Origin: Octopus sinensis
Taxonomy: Eukaryota
Assembly: GCF_006345805.1 (NCBI RefSeq)
Contig: NC_043006.1
Coordinates: 47,182,001 to 47,246,000 of the forward strand
DNA: 64,000 nucleotides
Direction: 5' to 3'
Part shown: positions 26,517-39,987 of the stretch, in pieces
Numbering within the stretch: position 1 is the stretch's first letter
Layout: every line of letters begins with the position of its first letter
Made by a program: the position numbers and the translations under genes
The notes under the pieces: generated by a model
The model's input: only the letters and a program-made list of their open reading frames with translations
Told to the model about the DNA's origin: nothing
The model's database searches: none

Positions 26517-26666
26517 TTTCTTTATTAACCACACAGGGCTGCGCACAGACGGGACAAATTACAAGGTAGAGCCTTTCTTTTGGGGATAAAAAAAGTGGGG
26601 GGGGTTGTTTTCGATCAAAAGGGATCATAAATGGAAAGAAAGAGGAAAGCAAAAGCAAAAAAAAAA
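26517..26666 (-). mobile_element. 3' UTR fragment of the Tx1-like LINE inside (TATC)n
   Basis: Homologous to 42190-42333; (GATA)n on both flanks. Confidence 0.85.
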
Positions 26667-26697
26667 GATAGATATATAGATAGATAGATATCTGTTA

Positions 26698-26929
26698 GTC
26701 GGCGAGCTGGCAGAAACGTTAGCACGTCGAGCGAAATGCTGAGCAGTATTTCGTCTGCCGCTACGTTCTGAGTTCAAATTCCGCCGAGGTCGACTTTGCC
26801 TTTCATCCTTTCGGGGTCGATTAAATAAGTACCAGTTACGCACTGGGGTCGATATAATCGCCTTAATCCGTTTGTCTGTCCTTGTTCGTCCCTTCTGTGT
26901 GTAGCCCCCTGTGGGCAGTAAAGAAATAA
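26698..26929 (+). mobile_element. SINE family B monomer, beta tail
   Basis: GGCGAGCTGGCAGAAACGTTAGC...core...GTGGGCAGTAAAGAAATAA, followed by (GATA)n. Confidence 0.9.
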
Positions 26930-26976
26930 GATAGATAGATTGACAGACAGATAGATAGATAGATAAATAGATAGAC

Positions 26977-27031
<55 letters not shown>

Positions 27032-27627
27032 CAGATAGATAGATATATAGATAGATAGAACAAATATGTAGATTAACGTGGCATGCAGAAAGAAATTCTT
27101 TCTGAAACATGTTATATTGCAATACCATGCTTCAAAAACCTGTTGCAGGCAGCTTCAATGTTGTCTACTTCACAAGCAATTACCTGTTAGAATTAATTAA
27201 TGACGCACTCACACGTGCTTAATCTTACTGAAAACACACACACAGATATGCGCATAAAGAGAGAGAGGGGGAGGGGGTAAGGAATATAGAGAGTACAAGA
27301 GGGTGAGAGGGAGAATGCCAATTGCACAAATGTCCAGTCTGCAGATATTTGCTCATGCATCGCACCTTCTCAGATTCACACCCGAACATTATATATGTGT
27401 GAAAATTTGTAGATAGCCATACCAGCGCATTCGATCATATACACTTGTACATATACAGATACATAAATACATGCGTCACGCTCTCACACACTCTTATATG
27501 TGCATAGACACTTATACGTGTATATATGTATAAGCATTTCTATATGCATGTACGTGTACATATTTATATTTCTCTAAGTGTAGCTATCTGTTTCTATGTG
27601 TGTGTTTGTGCAAAGATGAACCCATTC

Positions 27628-27886
27628 ATAAATAAATAAATGCACCCTTTTAAAGCCTAGCCAGGCTCATGGGTCCGGTTTCCCGGTTTCAATGGCGAAT
27701 GTGTTCCCCAGCTAGACGCGACGCCAGACCGTCGCAGCGTTACTCATTTTTGCCAGCTGAGTAGACTGGAGCAACGTGAAATGAAGTGTTTAGCTCAAGA
27801 ACACAATGCGTCGCCCGCTCTAGGAATCGAAACCACAATCTTACGATCATGATGCTGACACTCTAACCACTAAGCCACGCCCCTCC
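27628..27886 (-). mobile_element. CORE-type tRNA SINE (family D)
   Basis: tRNA-like head then TTGTGTTCTTGAGCTAAACACTTCATTTCACG...CAGCTGGCAAAAATGAGT; (TTTA)n tail. Confidence 0.75.
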
Positions 27887-28407
27887 ACAGACCCATTCAT
27901 AGATATACATAATTTGAAGTACATTTATAACAAATTATATGTTTCCTCATGAACATCACAATGAAAGAAAAGAAGCAGCAGTAAAGAAAATAACAACAAC
28001 AAAAAGCAACAACGAGGCTTTCAGAAAATGAGAGAAGCATGAGATATAAAGTATAAGAAATAGGAAAAGGTAGTGAAAGATTGTGAGGAGATGGCGGAGT
28101 AAAAGGAAGAAGAAAGAACTCAAAAGTGTTTTTATATTTCACAGAGATAAATATGCATTCATTTAAAGTAGATGGATTTTAGTGTTCAGGAGGCCAAGCT
28201 ACTGTATATAATCGCATAATCTATTTCCGATGGAAAAATATATTATATATTAGCATCATCTCAGGACGTTACTATAACTGGGTCGTCAACGTTGTGCTTA
28301 TTGAAAAAAAATCATCGCACACCGACTTGTTCGATATTCAAACGCATTCCAACGCAGGCCGGCCAACTTGTTTTATAGATGAAGGTCTACTTTAGCCAAT
28401 GTGGCTT

Positions 28408-28447
28408 TCTTTTAACATAGAACTATATGAATTTCAGTACCAGGCTT

Positions 28448-28527
<80 letters not shown>

Positions 28528-28555
28528 CCTACCTACCTACCTACCTACCTATCTA
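28408..28555. repeat. (TATC)n/(TACC)n microsatellite
   Basis: Direct reading. Confidence 0.95.
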
Positions 28556-29169
28556 TCTCTCCCTCTCTCTATCTATCATCTGTCTTTCTATATACCTACC
28601 CGGTCTATCTTGTCTTTTATATCAATCTGTTTATTCTCTGTCGATCTGTTTAATCTATCTGTCTATCTACCTATGTATCTACTCATCTAATCATGTCATG
28701 GTATGCGCGTGTGTGTATTTGTGTGTGTTTTTATTTGCTGACATAAACTACATACCTATATCTTCAACTGTTTCTTTTGCGTTACTATGCATCTTCCAAT
28801 ATATTTATTGTTTCACCCAAATTCGTGATTTTAACGTCCATAGTACAACCACCTTTAATTCTCTTCTCAATATCCCCAATCAGTCTCACATTTCCACTAT
28901 AGCTTTCCACGTCAACCCTTTATATTAACAGCTCGTTGTTCGACTGCAGCAGAAGATTCTTATTCTAGCAAGGGAAACTAACATTCTTTCTCTCTCAAAG
29001 GCACAAATAACGTTGTTAAATCTAAAATGTACATGTAATTATTATTATTATTATTATTCTGGCCGAGTTCGAATCCGGTGCGCAACATCAAAAATCCGTC
29101 AGCCACACTTATTGGTCTATCATCACTGCCTTTAGGTCTCGGATATTTTACTGGCCAGTCTCTGCAATC

Positions 29170-29830
29170 AATGTCGCTGAGCATTTTGACCAGTGTGCTA
29201 ACGATTATACCAGCTCGTTGCCTTCACGCGAATACATATTGATTTCAAATTTTAGCGCAAGGCCTGCAATTTCGGGCAAAGTCGATGTAATAGTCTCCAG
29301 TGTTCTACTGGTACTTATATTTTTACCCCGAAAGTATGAAAGGCAAAGTCAACTTCGACGGGATTGGAATTCAGAACATGAAGAACATAAATACCGTTAA
29401 GCATTCTGTCCGGGGTGCTAACGATTCTGCCAGCCCATTCTTTTCTACTCGAGGCACAAGGCCCGAAATTTTTGGAGATGGGCCACTCGATTAATCGACC
29501 CCAGTATGCAACTGGCACTTAATTTATCAACCCCGAAAGGATGAAAGGCAAAGTCTATTTCAGCGGAATTTGAATTCAGAACGTAAAGACAGACGAAATA
29601 CCTATTTCTTTATTACCCACAAGGGGCTACACACAGAGGGACAAACAAGGACAGACAAACGGATTAAGTCGATTATATCGACCACAGTGCGTAACTGGTA
29701 CTTAATTTATCGACCTCCAAAAGATGAAAGGCAAAGTCGACCTCGGCGGAATTTGAACTCAGAACCTAACGGCAGACGAAATACAGCTAAACATTTCGCC
29801 GGTGTGCTAACGTTTCTGCCAGCTCGTTGC
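29170..29830 (-). mobile_element. SINE family B cluster/array
   Basis: Full beta unit joined at ~29601 to an alpha unit; an older alpha copy and a head fragment are adjacent. Confidence 0.85.
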
Positions 29831-30524
29831 CTTCGAGATCACATATATTGACGCATCTTCATGTGTGGGATATAAAGCACTTAAGTTATATATCTCTAAT
29901 GACATTCCTGAAAGGGAATCTATTAAAGAATTTGTGTATGAAGTTGCATTGACATTCCGTCGAAAAGATGGGTAACCAGAAAAAATTTAAGTTGCTCTTT
30001 TTTCCTTCTCATCAACTAAATCATACTTGCATTCCACAACTATAAGCGATTTAATAGAAAATTTATTTGGGAGTCTTTTTAATTCGCATATTTGCTTAAA
30101 TATGATATGCACCTTAATAAAAAGATAGACGAAGGGAAATAAACACACACGTACAACACACACAAAACATACACACAGACACACACTTACAAACGCATAC
30201 ACCCAAACATACACACACACATACACACATGCAGTAATTTTATATGTACGTGTATGTATGTGGTTAAATTTCATGTCAAGCCACGTAAACAAAAACATAT
30301 GCCATTGCGTATGACTTGATAATGAAATATCACATTACAACGAAATTTTCAGAATATGAATTAACGCATTGCTGCCATGTTAGACATTTTATTTTTATCA
30401 TCATTTGTGTCATTCCTTGGCATATCATATACAAAAGTACCCCACTCCAGTCAATTCTCCTCTTTTTGGTTCTCGTATTTCTATAAAGTTCTCTATGAAT
30501 TGCTCTAAATTTTAAGCGGATGAT

Positions 30525-31045
30525 TTATTTCTTTATTGCCCACATGGTGCTAAGCAGTGCGTAACTGGTACTTAATTTATCGACCCCCAAAGGATGAAAG
30601 GCAAAGTCGACCTCGGCGAAATTTGAACTCACAACGTAGCGGCAGATGAAATACCTATTTCTTAATTACCCACAAGGGGCTAAACATAGAGGGGACAAAC
30701 AAGGACAGACATAGGTATTAAGTCGATTACATCGACCCCAGTGCGGAACTGGTACTTAATTTATCGACCCCAAAAGGATGAAAGGCAAAGTCAACCTCGG
30801 CGGAATTTGAACTCACAACGTAACGACAGACGAAATACCGCTAAGTATTCGCCCGGCGTGCTAACGTTTCTTATTTCTTTACTGCCCAGAAGGAGCTACA
30901 CACAGAGGTGACAAACAAAGACAGACAAAGGGATTAAGTCGATTATATCGACCCCAGTGCATAAATGGTACTTATTTAATCGACCCCGAAAGGATGAAAG
31001 GCAAAGTCGACATCAGCGGAATTTGAACTCAGAACGTAACGGCAT
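30525..31045 (-). mobile_element. Array of three SINE family B beta units
   Basis: Junctions at ~30654 and ~30870. Confidence 0.85.
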
Positions 31046-31104
31046 ATGCCTATAGTGAAAAAGATTATTATTATAGTTGTTGTTGTTGCTGAATATGTGA
31101 GTTT

Positions 31105-31415
31105 CTACATCTTATGTTATTCTTTACTTCTTTTATTTCTTTCAGTCATTTGATTGCGGCTATGCTGAAGCACCACCTTTAGTCGAACAAATCGACCTCC
31201 AGGACTTATTCTTTGTAAGTCTAGTAATTATTCTATCGGTCCCTTTTACTGAACCGCTAGGTTACGGGGGACGTAAACACAGCAGCATAAGTTGTCAAGC
31301 GATGTTGGGTGCATAAACACACATGCAAACACACACACACTCACACATAATCAAGTAATGGTAATAAACCTCATTAAGTGATCTTTATTTACCTCTCCAT
31401 TTTCTCCTCATTCTT

Positions 31416-31477
<62 letters not shown>

Positions 31478-31548
31478 AAGGTGCCACGCAGTGGGATTGA
31501 ACCCGGAACCATGAAGTTGGTAAGCAAGCTACTTACCACTCCTGCGCC
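31105..31548 (-). mobile_element. SINE family A, internally rearranged
   Basis: Tail at ~31105-31320 and head at ~31480-31548. Confidence 0.75.
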
Positions 31549-31859
31549 TATATATATATATGTGTGTACGCGTATATTAGAGTTCAGTTAAGTGCTTTAC
31601 ATACGTATTTGACTGTATGTGTGTATGTTTATGTGTGTGTGTTTACCTGTATTTGTACGTATGTGTCGATGGGTGGTGGGAGCAGCGGGGTTCGGCTGAG
31701 TGCATCTAGTGTTCCTTTCCACTTTATATCTCAATAGGAATGATGTTGAATTGATGCAGACAATGTTAATTGGGTGAAAGTGCTTGACTTGATGATATCA
31801 CCCTCTTCACCCTAACCCTTCCTTTCACACCGTCTTAGTAATCCAACTCCCGCCGCCTT

Positions 31860-32336
31860 CCTTCTACTGCCACTCACCGCCATCATTACCACCAAATTCA
31901 TCACCAGCACCAGCACCACCACCATCACCTACAGCAGCAGCACCACCACCACCATCAACAACACCATCACAATCACCACCACTACCAGCACCACCGCCAC
32001 GACCGAATCCACCCACAAACCCACCACCACTACCACTACCACCACCACCGCCGCCGCCATCACTAGCATAGTTCTATTGAAGTGAGTGGGTGGGTGGGTG
32101 TTGCGTAAATTACCGAATACAATCGCTGGCAGCAGACAGACATTCTAGACGCTGTTCTGCATAACTTCTCTCGCACTGTATTTCATTCAAGTTCTTCGCA
32201 TTAGAGAAGGAAATGAAGGCCAAAGGTAAAACGGTACTACTACTACTACTACTACTACTACTAACTACTACTAGTGATGGTGAGGTTGATAGTGTTGGAA
32301 TTGATAGTCGTAGATGCAGTGCTAGTAGTAGTGGTG

Positions 32337-32387
<51 letters not shown>

Positions 32388-32538
32388 ATGATGAGGGTGA
32401 TAGTGTTGGCATTGATAGTCGTAGATGCAGCGCTAGTAGTACTGGTGGTGTTGGTAGTAGTAGTAGTTGTAGTAGTAGTAGTAGTGTAGTAGTAGTAGTA
32501 GTAGCAGCAGCAGCAGTAGTAGTAGTAGTGGTAGTAGT

Positions 32539-32573
<35 letters not shown>

Positions 32574-32690
32574 TGTGGTGTTGGTGGAGATGATGGTGAT
32601 CGTCGAGGTGGTGGTGGTGTGAGGTATATGGTATTGGTATAGGTGGCGACGGTAGTATCAGTGGTATAGTTGATTGTGGTGATGGTGGTA
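31860..32690. repeat. (CAC)n and (TAG)n/(TAC)n compound trinucleotide repeats
   Basis: Direct reading; includes an internal duplication of ~112-bp period at 32275-32450. Confidence 0.9.
32205..32225 (+). CDS. Candidate 21-nt microexon
   Basis: Pyrimidine tract then CATTAG|AGAAGGAAATGAAGGCCAAAG|GTAAAA. Confidence 0.2.
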
Positions 32691-32699
32691 GTGTTAGTA

Positions 32700-32985
32700 G
32701 TTTCGGTGAATGATGGGTTGTTCCGTCGTTGAGGGCGTGTGAGTGTTCAACTTCTGCCGAACGACCTGCACAAATGATTTGCTTATAATGATTAAATGTA
32801 TATGCCGTACTACGACGTTAACTGAACAGGTGCACGGTGTACCACGCGTCAGGTGTCGAAGTGATCGGAAAGCAATATGAGATGAATAGTTTTTCTCAAG
32901 AATACAACGGACTATTCGGTTTAGGGATTGAAACCACGATCTCACGACCGTAAGTGCAACACCCTAAACGCTAGGCCACACCCTA
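32700..32985 (-). mobile_element. tRNA-derived SINE, distinct body (family F)
   Basis: Head GGGTGTGGCCTAGCGTTTAGGGTG...GGTTTCAATCCC then TTGTATTCTTGAGAAAA. Confidence 0.6.
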
Positions 32986-33147
32986 AACGCTAGACTAATT
33001 GCGCTGGTGATAAGGATAGATATGTTCTAAGGATTAGGCTGTAGTATTAGAGGTAGTAACAGCGATGTGTGTAGTTGTAGTTTTGCTAATACTGGAGCTT
33101 GTTTGCATTTGAGATGGTCGTCGTCGTTCCGGTGAATATGATGTTAG

Positions 33148-33307
33148 CAGTGGATGTGTGGTAAGTAGCTTGCTTACCAACCACATGGTTCCGGATTCAG
33201 TTCCATTGCGTGGCACCTTGGGTAAGTGTCTTCTACTATAGCCTCGGGCCGACCAAAGCCTTGTGAGTGGATTTGGTAAACGGAAACGGAAAGAAGCTCT
33301 TCGTCTG

Positions 33308-33363
<56 letters not shown>

Positions 33364-33575
33364 TGTGTCTGTCTTTGTCCCCCCCCCCCAACATCGCTTG
33401 ACAACCGATGCTGGTGTGTTTACGTTCCCGTAACCTAGCGGTTCGGCGAAAGAGACCGATAGAATAAGTACTAGGCTTACAAAGAATAAGTCCTGGGGTC
33501 GATTTGCTCGACTAAAAGGCGGGGATCCAGCATGGCCACAGTCAAATGACTGAGACAAGTAAAAGAGTAAAAGAG
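33148..33575 (+). mobile_element. SINE family A
   Basis: Head through AAGTAAAAGAGTAAAAGAG tail. Confidence 0.85.
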
Positions 33576-33978
33576 GTGTTCGTGCTGTGGATGTATTATC
33601 GTTGCGGTAATGATCACCGTGCTATTACGATTGCAGTTGTCTTTGCGGCTGGTGTCATTGTTTCGCTGCACGTCATCCCTAATCGACGAAATTTACAATC
33701 AAATGCATCCGACCTTAGATACTTCGTCTGTTTCTTTTCCTAAGTGTAGGTTATCCCGTTCTTCATTATGCAAAATGTAATTTTTTAAAAATATTTTAAG
33801 ACAAGATTATCTCAGTTCTGGGGAATGTGGGACGAGCAATCACTTAGTGATTAGTTGTAGCAGCAGTAGCAGTAGTAGTAGTGTTCTGTCGTAGTGGTGG
33901 TAGTGCTGATAGAGGCTGTCGTCATAGTCGTAGTGCTTGTAGTGGTTGTAGTAGAGTTGATGGTAGTAGTAGGGGTAG

Positions 33979-34642
33979 TAATGTTGGTGATAGTAGTGTT
34001 TGCCACTGTCATAGTTATCATGGTCGTGATGATCGTGCTTCTGCTAGTGGAGTTGGAGCGTAGTAGTAGTAGTAGTAGTAGTAGTAGAAACAACAACAGC
34101 ATTAACAGTGGCAATAACAGCAACTCTGGATGCGCAATGGCCCAGTGGTTAGGGCAGTGGACTCGCGGTCGTAAGAACGCGGTTTCGATTCCCACACAAG
34201 GCATTGTGTTTATTGAGCAAAAACACCTAAGGTCCACGAGGCTCCGGCGGTGTGTGTGTGTGGGGGGGGACACCGCTGTATTCTTTCACCACAACTTTCT
34301 CTCACTCTTTCTTCCTGCTTCTGCCACAAAGCAAAAGAACCATGGTGTAACCCACTGTGGTGTGGTAAACTTTCAGACCCTAGTCTAGATTGCGAATCCT
34401 CTATACCCCAGGATGGTTCAGCTCTCCACCCGTTAAAAGCCACCGTTTACGGAATGAGGATAACAACGTAGCTTTCGCGCCAGTGCAACCGCCAGTCAAT
34501 CGCGTATGGCGGGTTGATCTTCAAGTTTCCACACGCATTCTTGGTAGCTTAGAGTCGGCTCTAATGTTGGTGATAGTAGTGTTTGCCACTGTCATAGTTA
34601 TCATGGTCGTGATGATCGTGCTTCTGCTAGTGGAGTTGGAGC

Positions 34643-34673
<31 letters not shown>

Positions 34674-35148
34674 AAACAACAACAGCAGTAACAGTGGCAA
34701 TAACAGCAACTCTGGATGCGCAATGGCCCAGTGGTTAGGGCAGTGGACTCGCGGTCGTAAGAACGCGGTTTCGATTCCCACACAAGGCATTGTGTTTATT
34801 GAGCAAAAACACCTAAGGTCCACGAGGCTCCGGCGGTGTGTGTGTGTGTGGGGGGGACACCGCTGTATTCTTTCACCACAACTTTCTCTCACTCTTTATT
34901 CCTGCTTCTGCCACAAAGCAAAAGAACCATGGTGTAACCCACTGTGGTGTGGTAAACTTTCAGACCCTAGTCTAGATTGCGAATCCTCTATACCCCAGGA
35001 TGGTTCAGCTCTCCACCCGTTAAAAGCCACCGTTTACGGAATGAGGATAACAACGTAGCTTTCGCGCCCGTGCAACCGCCAGTCAATCGCGTATGGCGGG
35101 TTGATCTTCAAATTTTCACACGCATTCTTGGTAGCTTAGAGTCGGCTC
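33979..35148 (+). repeat. Near-identical tandem duplication, ~583-bp period
   Basis: 33979-34561 matches 34562-35148, including unique flank and SINE. Confidence 0.9.
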
Positions 35149-35750
35149 GAATTAGAGATTATTCTTTGTAGCTAATGGCGTGGGTCCTGATTGGAAGAAT
35201 ACGAAGAAGAAGACAACAGCACCAGTGGAGGCGCAGTGGCCCAGTGGATAGAATAGCGGACGCGCGGTAGTAAGAACGCGGTTTCGTTTCCTAGACCGGG
35301 CATTGTGAGTGTTTATTGAGCAAAAATACCTAAGCTCCACGAGACTCCGGCGTGGGTGGGGTTTAACCCCGCTGTGCTCTTTAACCACAACTTTCTCTTA
35401 CACCTTCTTCCTACTTCTGCCACAAAGCAGAGGAACCATGGTGTAACTCACTATGGTGAGGTAAAACTTTCAGACCCTAGTCTAGATTGCGAATCCTCTG
35501 AACCCCAGGATGGTTCAGCTCTCCACACGTTAAAAGCCACTGTTTACGGAATGAGGATAACAACGTAGCTTTCGCGCCCGTGCAACAACCGCCAGTCTAT
35601 CGCGTGTGGTGGGTGGATCTGCAAGTTGCCACACGCATTCTTGGTAGCTTAGAGTGGGCTCGAATTAGAGATTATTGCTTGTGGCTAATGGCGTGGATCC
35701 TGATTGAAAGAAGAAGAAGAAGAAGAAGAAGAAGAAGACAAAGAAGAAGA
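34128..35750 (+). mobile_element. Three tandem SINE family C copies with tail type 2 ending in (GAA)n
   Basis: Heads at 34128, 34714 and 35227; shared ~330-bp 3' body unlike the tail of 8704-9004. Confidence 0.8.
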
Positions 35751-35878
35751 AGAAGCAACAGCAGCAGCAGCAACAGCAGCACAGCAGCAACAGTAGCAAC
35801 AGCAGCAGCAGGAAATATAGGGTGGCTATTGTGGTGATGCTTTTGTCATTTCAGTAGTCTTGTTGTTGTCGTCGCCGC

Positions 35879-35921
<43 letters not shown>

Positions 35922-36628
35922 ATCGTCGTCGCCGTTGCCGTCAGCGTCGTTGTTTTCGTCGTTGCTCTGGAATGCAGTGATACATGTTCTCTGGCATTCG
36001 TTACTCTCGAGAGGCCATGGATCTGCACCTGGAAAATTCCTGCTTTTGGTCTCGTTGGCAGAATAACGTCTACTGCAGTTGTAAAGGGTCCACTTAGGTG
36101 CTAAATGCCGAAAAGGGGTTGACGGTGTCGATATTGATGATAGTGGTGGTGGTGATGGTGACGTGGCTTGTGCTGTCACCGTAGATAATGTTTGCAGAGG
36201 TAGAAGGGATTAGTGCGTGATACTAGCGTGTGACATCTGTGATGGTAAGAGGTTAAAGGGGAGAGAAGCTATGCAGAAGGTACAAAGTGTAGAGCGGGGT
36301 GAGATTTGAGCAATTGCCAAATGAGTAACAGCAACAAAGGAGCCTATATGCTACCGGTCAACCGGCTAGAAATAGTAGCAAAATTATCTCAAATTACAGT
36401 AATGCCACGATATAATAGTTCGTTTGTTCCGGAAAAGGCTCGTAAAGCAGAGCAATAATTTCCCATAGTAACAATGTTATAAATGTTACTACGTTTTCAG
36501 AAAAATATTTCAACTGTAAAATTTATAATATTCATAAATAAATGGTAATAAAACAACAGTAGAATGTAAAGAATATTTTACGTAAAGTAAAAATAATGTC
36601 AAGATCATTTATAATAAAGAATATTATT

Positions 36629-36678
<50 letters not shown>

Positions 36679-36863
36679 CATTTTCTGAATGACATTCACT
36701 CGTACTAGACTCGCGCGCTCCTTAGCTTGTAGACGCGATCGCCTATTCACAAGCATTCGTAACACAGACTTGTAGATTTCTTTTAAGATTGTAAAATCTA
36801 AAGATGAGATCAGAGTAGTAACTATACTTATTTCGTTATTGCCCACAAGGGGCTAAACAAAGC

Positions 36864-37475
36864 GACCATCGGTCATTGATTTGTAACAATAAAATATATT
36901 GTTGGGTAAAGCGGATTCTGGCTATCGCTCTGGCGGACAGATGCTCGCGGCTGAGGATATGCCTGAGTCAGTCTCGCGATACTGTTACCTGTTAGAGAGC
37001 GGTAGGGGTTCGCTCCCCTTGCTAACTATATATTGTAAATAAAGGGTACAGCGTAGCACCGATAACTGGTGGACAATCTTCCTTGGGTTAAACTAGTAGT
37101 AACATAGAACAACCACTTTAATGCGGCTACTGACGTTACTTTTTAGTATAGTCACTACTCTGATATCTAGCTATTTTGCAAATCTGTGACCGATGGTCAC
37201 TTTGTTTACAATATATTGATGGCCGAAGCGGCCTCTGGCTGTCGTTCTGGCGGACAGGTGCTCGCAACCGAAGTTGTGCGAAATAGTTCGAAACTGAGTT
37301 AGTTTCGCGATCCTGTAGCCTGCTAGATGGTGGTAGGGGTTTGCTTCCCTTGCTAACAATGTATATTGTATATAAAGGCTGCAGCTAACCAGTTGGCGGA
37401 GAATCTGCGTGGGGTTAAACTAGTAGTAACATGGAGCAGCCACTTTGATGTGACGACAGACGTTACTTTTAAGTC
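36864..37475. repeat. Two diverged direct repeats, ~324-bp period, unclassified
   Basis: Shared blocks TCTGGCGGACAG, GGTAGGGGTT, CCCTTGCTAAC, GGGTTAAACTAGTAGTAACAT, GACGTTACTTTT. Confidence 0.8.
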
Positions 37476-37783
37476 TGGAGTTGTTTGCTTAGAAGATTTT
37501 TTTCGGCCTCGGTAATACGCATAAGCATTTATTATGGTAATAAAAAAATCTGCACTTCTTTCAAAATTCGGATACTGTCCTTGAAAAATAAAACTCTTAA
37601 ACCCGGGGTCTCGTAAACCGGGTCCTAGTAAAGGGAGATGATACTGCATAATCCATCTTAGTTTTTTTTATATCTTTTTACTTGTTTCAGTCATTTGATG
37701 CTGGGGCATCCCGTTGAGAGTTTTAATCGAACAAATCGCCCCTTGGACTTTTTCCTTTATCTCTACTAATTTTATTCGGTCTC

Positions 37784-37852
<69 letters not shown>

Positions 37853-37854
37853 TG

Positions 37855-37886
<32 letters not shown>

Positions 37887-38096
37887 CGTGCGTGCGTGCG
37901 TTTGTATGTATATATCAAACCATCTCAAGTGTAACTGTCCGAAATGGTCGTGACCTCTGGTACTTGACTGACGAAAGAAAACCAAGAATAACCAGTCTTT
38001 TGTTTTTGGCATGTCCTTCTAATTGTTGTTTCTGTTGTCCACCTTTGTGTTGTCTATCTGCCCGAATGTTTTAATGCCCTCTATTCCGTTTTTGCT

Positions 38097-38168
<72 letters not shown>

Positions 38169-38177
38169 TATATATAT

Positions 38178-38208
<31 letters not shown>

Positions 38209-38499
38209 ATGTACGTATGTGCATATGCATTAATGTATGTACGTAAAAAACAAACTTAGATCAGGTAATATATACCTGGAATGTATTTGATTTGTAAAGA
38301 AGCTTTTTCACTGTTGCTTGTCATAGAGAAAAAAATCCGCTTCAGGAGAATGGCGATAAGAAACGATGTTGAACGTCAAGTACAAACCGCGCTAATTCTA
38401 AACAGACAGGAAGACTTCATTTTGCAGGACGAGTATGTCCCAAACATATTTGAACTGAAGCAAAGTTCTTTTCATACCACTCTTTCCAGTGCCACCCAC

Positions 38500-38530
<31 letters not shown>

Positions 38531-38622
38531 ATATACGCATATATATGTCTGTATGATGTAAGAGAAATTTTCTGCCTTTACGATAACGAATCACTGATTG
38601 AAAGAGAGATAGACAGAGAGAT

Positions 38623-38660
<38 letters not shown>

Positions 38661-39334
38661 TCAATTGGACTTAAGAGAGGGAAAATTTGAGTAAGAGACA
38701 GGGAAAGGGAGAAAGATAGATCAAGCTACTACTGTTCCAGAAATATTTTACTTGTACTTTGTGTAATAGACGTAGTATTTAGCTAAGATATGCACTCATG
38801 TCCAACTCTGAAGATGGCGGGACTTCAGAAATATAAACTTTACGGTACATTACATCATCGTATTATATCTGTCAGACATGTAGGTATTTGAGCGTTATTC
38901 ACTACAATTTTATATCAAAGTAGGTTTGTTGAGCAATAGACATTACTGAAGTTCTTACAGTGTTATATTTGAAACGAAAGGCATGCTTGGAAGGCATATA
39001 TATGCGTGAGTAAAATATAGAGAAAACTAAGCGTTGGAACGATTTACTAGAAATAGTAACGTAATATGTTCCTCAAATTAGAAACTGAAACTTCAATGAG
39101 TAAAAGCATGCAAAAAAAAAAACAGAGTGTACTGCGCAACCTATGTTTCTAAGGCAATGCAAGGAACAAGGAGGAACATCTGTTATTCATAAATATGCAT
39201 AATTAGAACTGTCCTGTGACTAAACGACAGTCATGTGTGGACGTATTGAAGAATATATATTCGGCAATAGTATATTCACTCAAGAGTACGCGTAAATTGT
39301 AAGCGTTCACATGATATAGCTCTATCTATTTAAC

Positions 39335-39337
39335 TAA

Positions 39338-39414
<77 letters not shown>

Positions 39415-39462
39415 CATCTATCTATCTATCTATCTATCTATCTAGCTAGCTAGCTAGCTAGC
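39335..39462. repeat. (TATC)n/(TAGC)n microsatellite
   Basis: Direct reading. Confidence 0.95.
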
Positions 39463-39597
39463 TTACGATCCCTTTTGATCGAACCTCCCCATCTTTTTGT
39501 TTTTTTTTTTTTTTTTTTTTGTATACCTTCAAAAGAAAAGCTCTCTACCTTGTATTGTTCTATCTGTGTGCAGCCCTGTGTGGCTAATAAAGAAAAA
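39463..39597 (+). mobile_element. 3' UTR fragment of the Tx1-like LINE
   Basis: TTACGATCCCTTTTGATCG...CAGCCCTGTGTGGCTAATAAAGAAA, homologous to 42218-42333. Confidence 0.85.
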
Positions 39598-39773
39598 TAT
39601 CTGAGTATGACCCATACGTTATGCTTGGTCCAATATTTAACTTCCTGCATTCGTATCGTTAATTACCTGGGTCTTTAAATTGGGCAGCACCGGGTACTAC
39701 ATCGAACTGCCTAGACACTTGAAGTACTTTTACTGGGAAAGGAAATATTTTACATCTCTCTCTTTCTCTCCCC

Positions 39774-39987
<214 letters not shown>

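Noticed and set aside
32213-32542. ORF resembling a signal peptide plus repeated DSVGIDSRRC units (neuropeptide-precursor-like)
   Set aside because: The Leu and Ser runs come from (TAC)n and (TAG)n, and the repeated unit is a local duplication within the microsatellite
35826-36179. Protein-like frames on both strands near 35950-36100 (e.g. SCFWSRWQNNVYCSC; APKWTLYNCSRR)
   Set aside because: No consistent splice sites or phase, and no recognisable domain; strand cannot be decided
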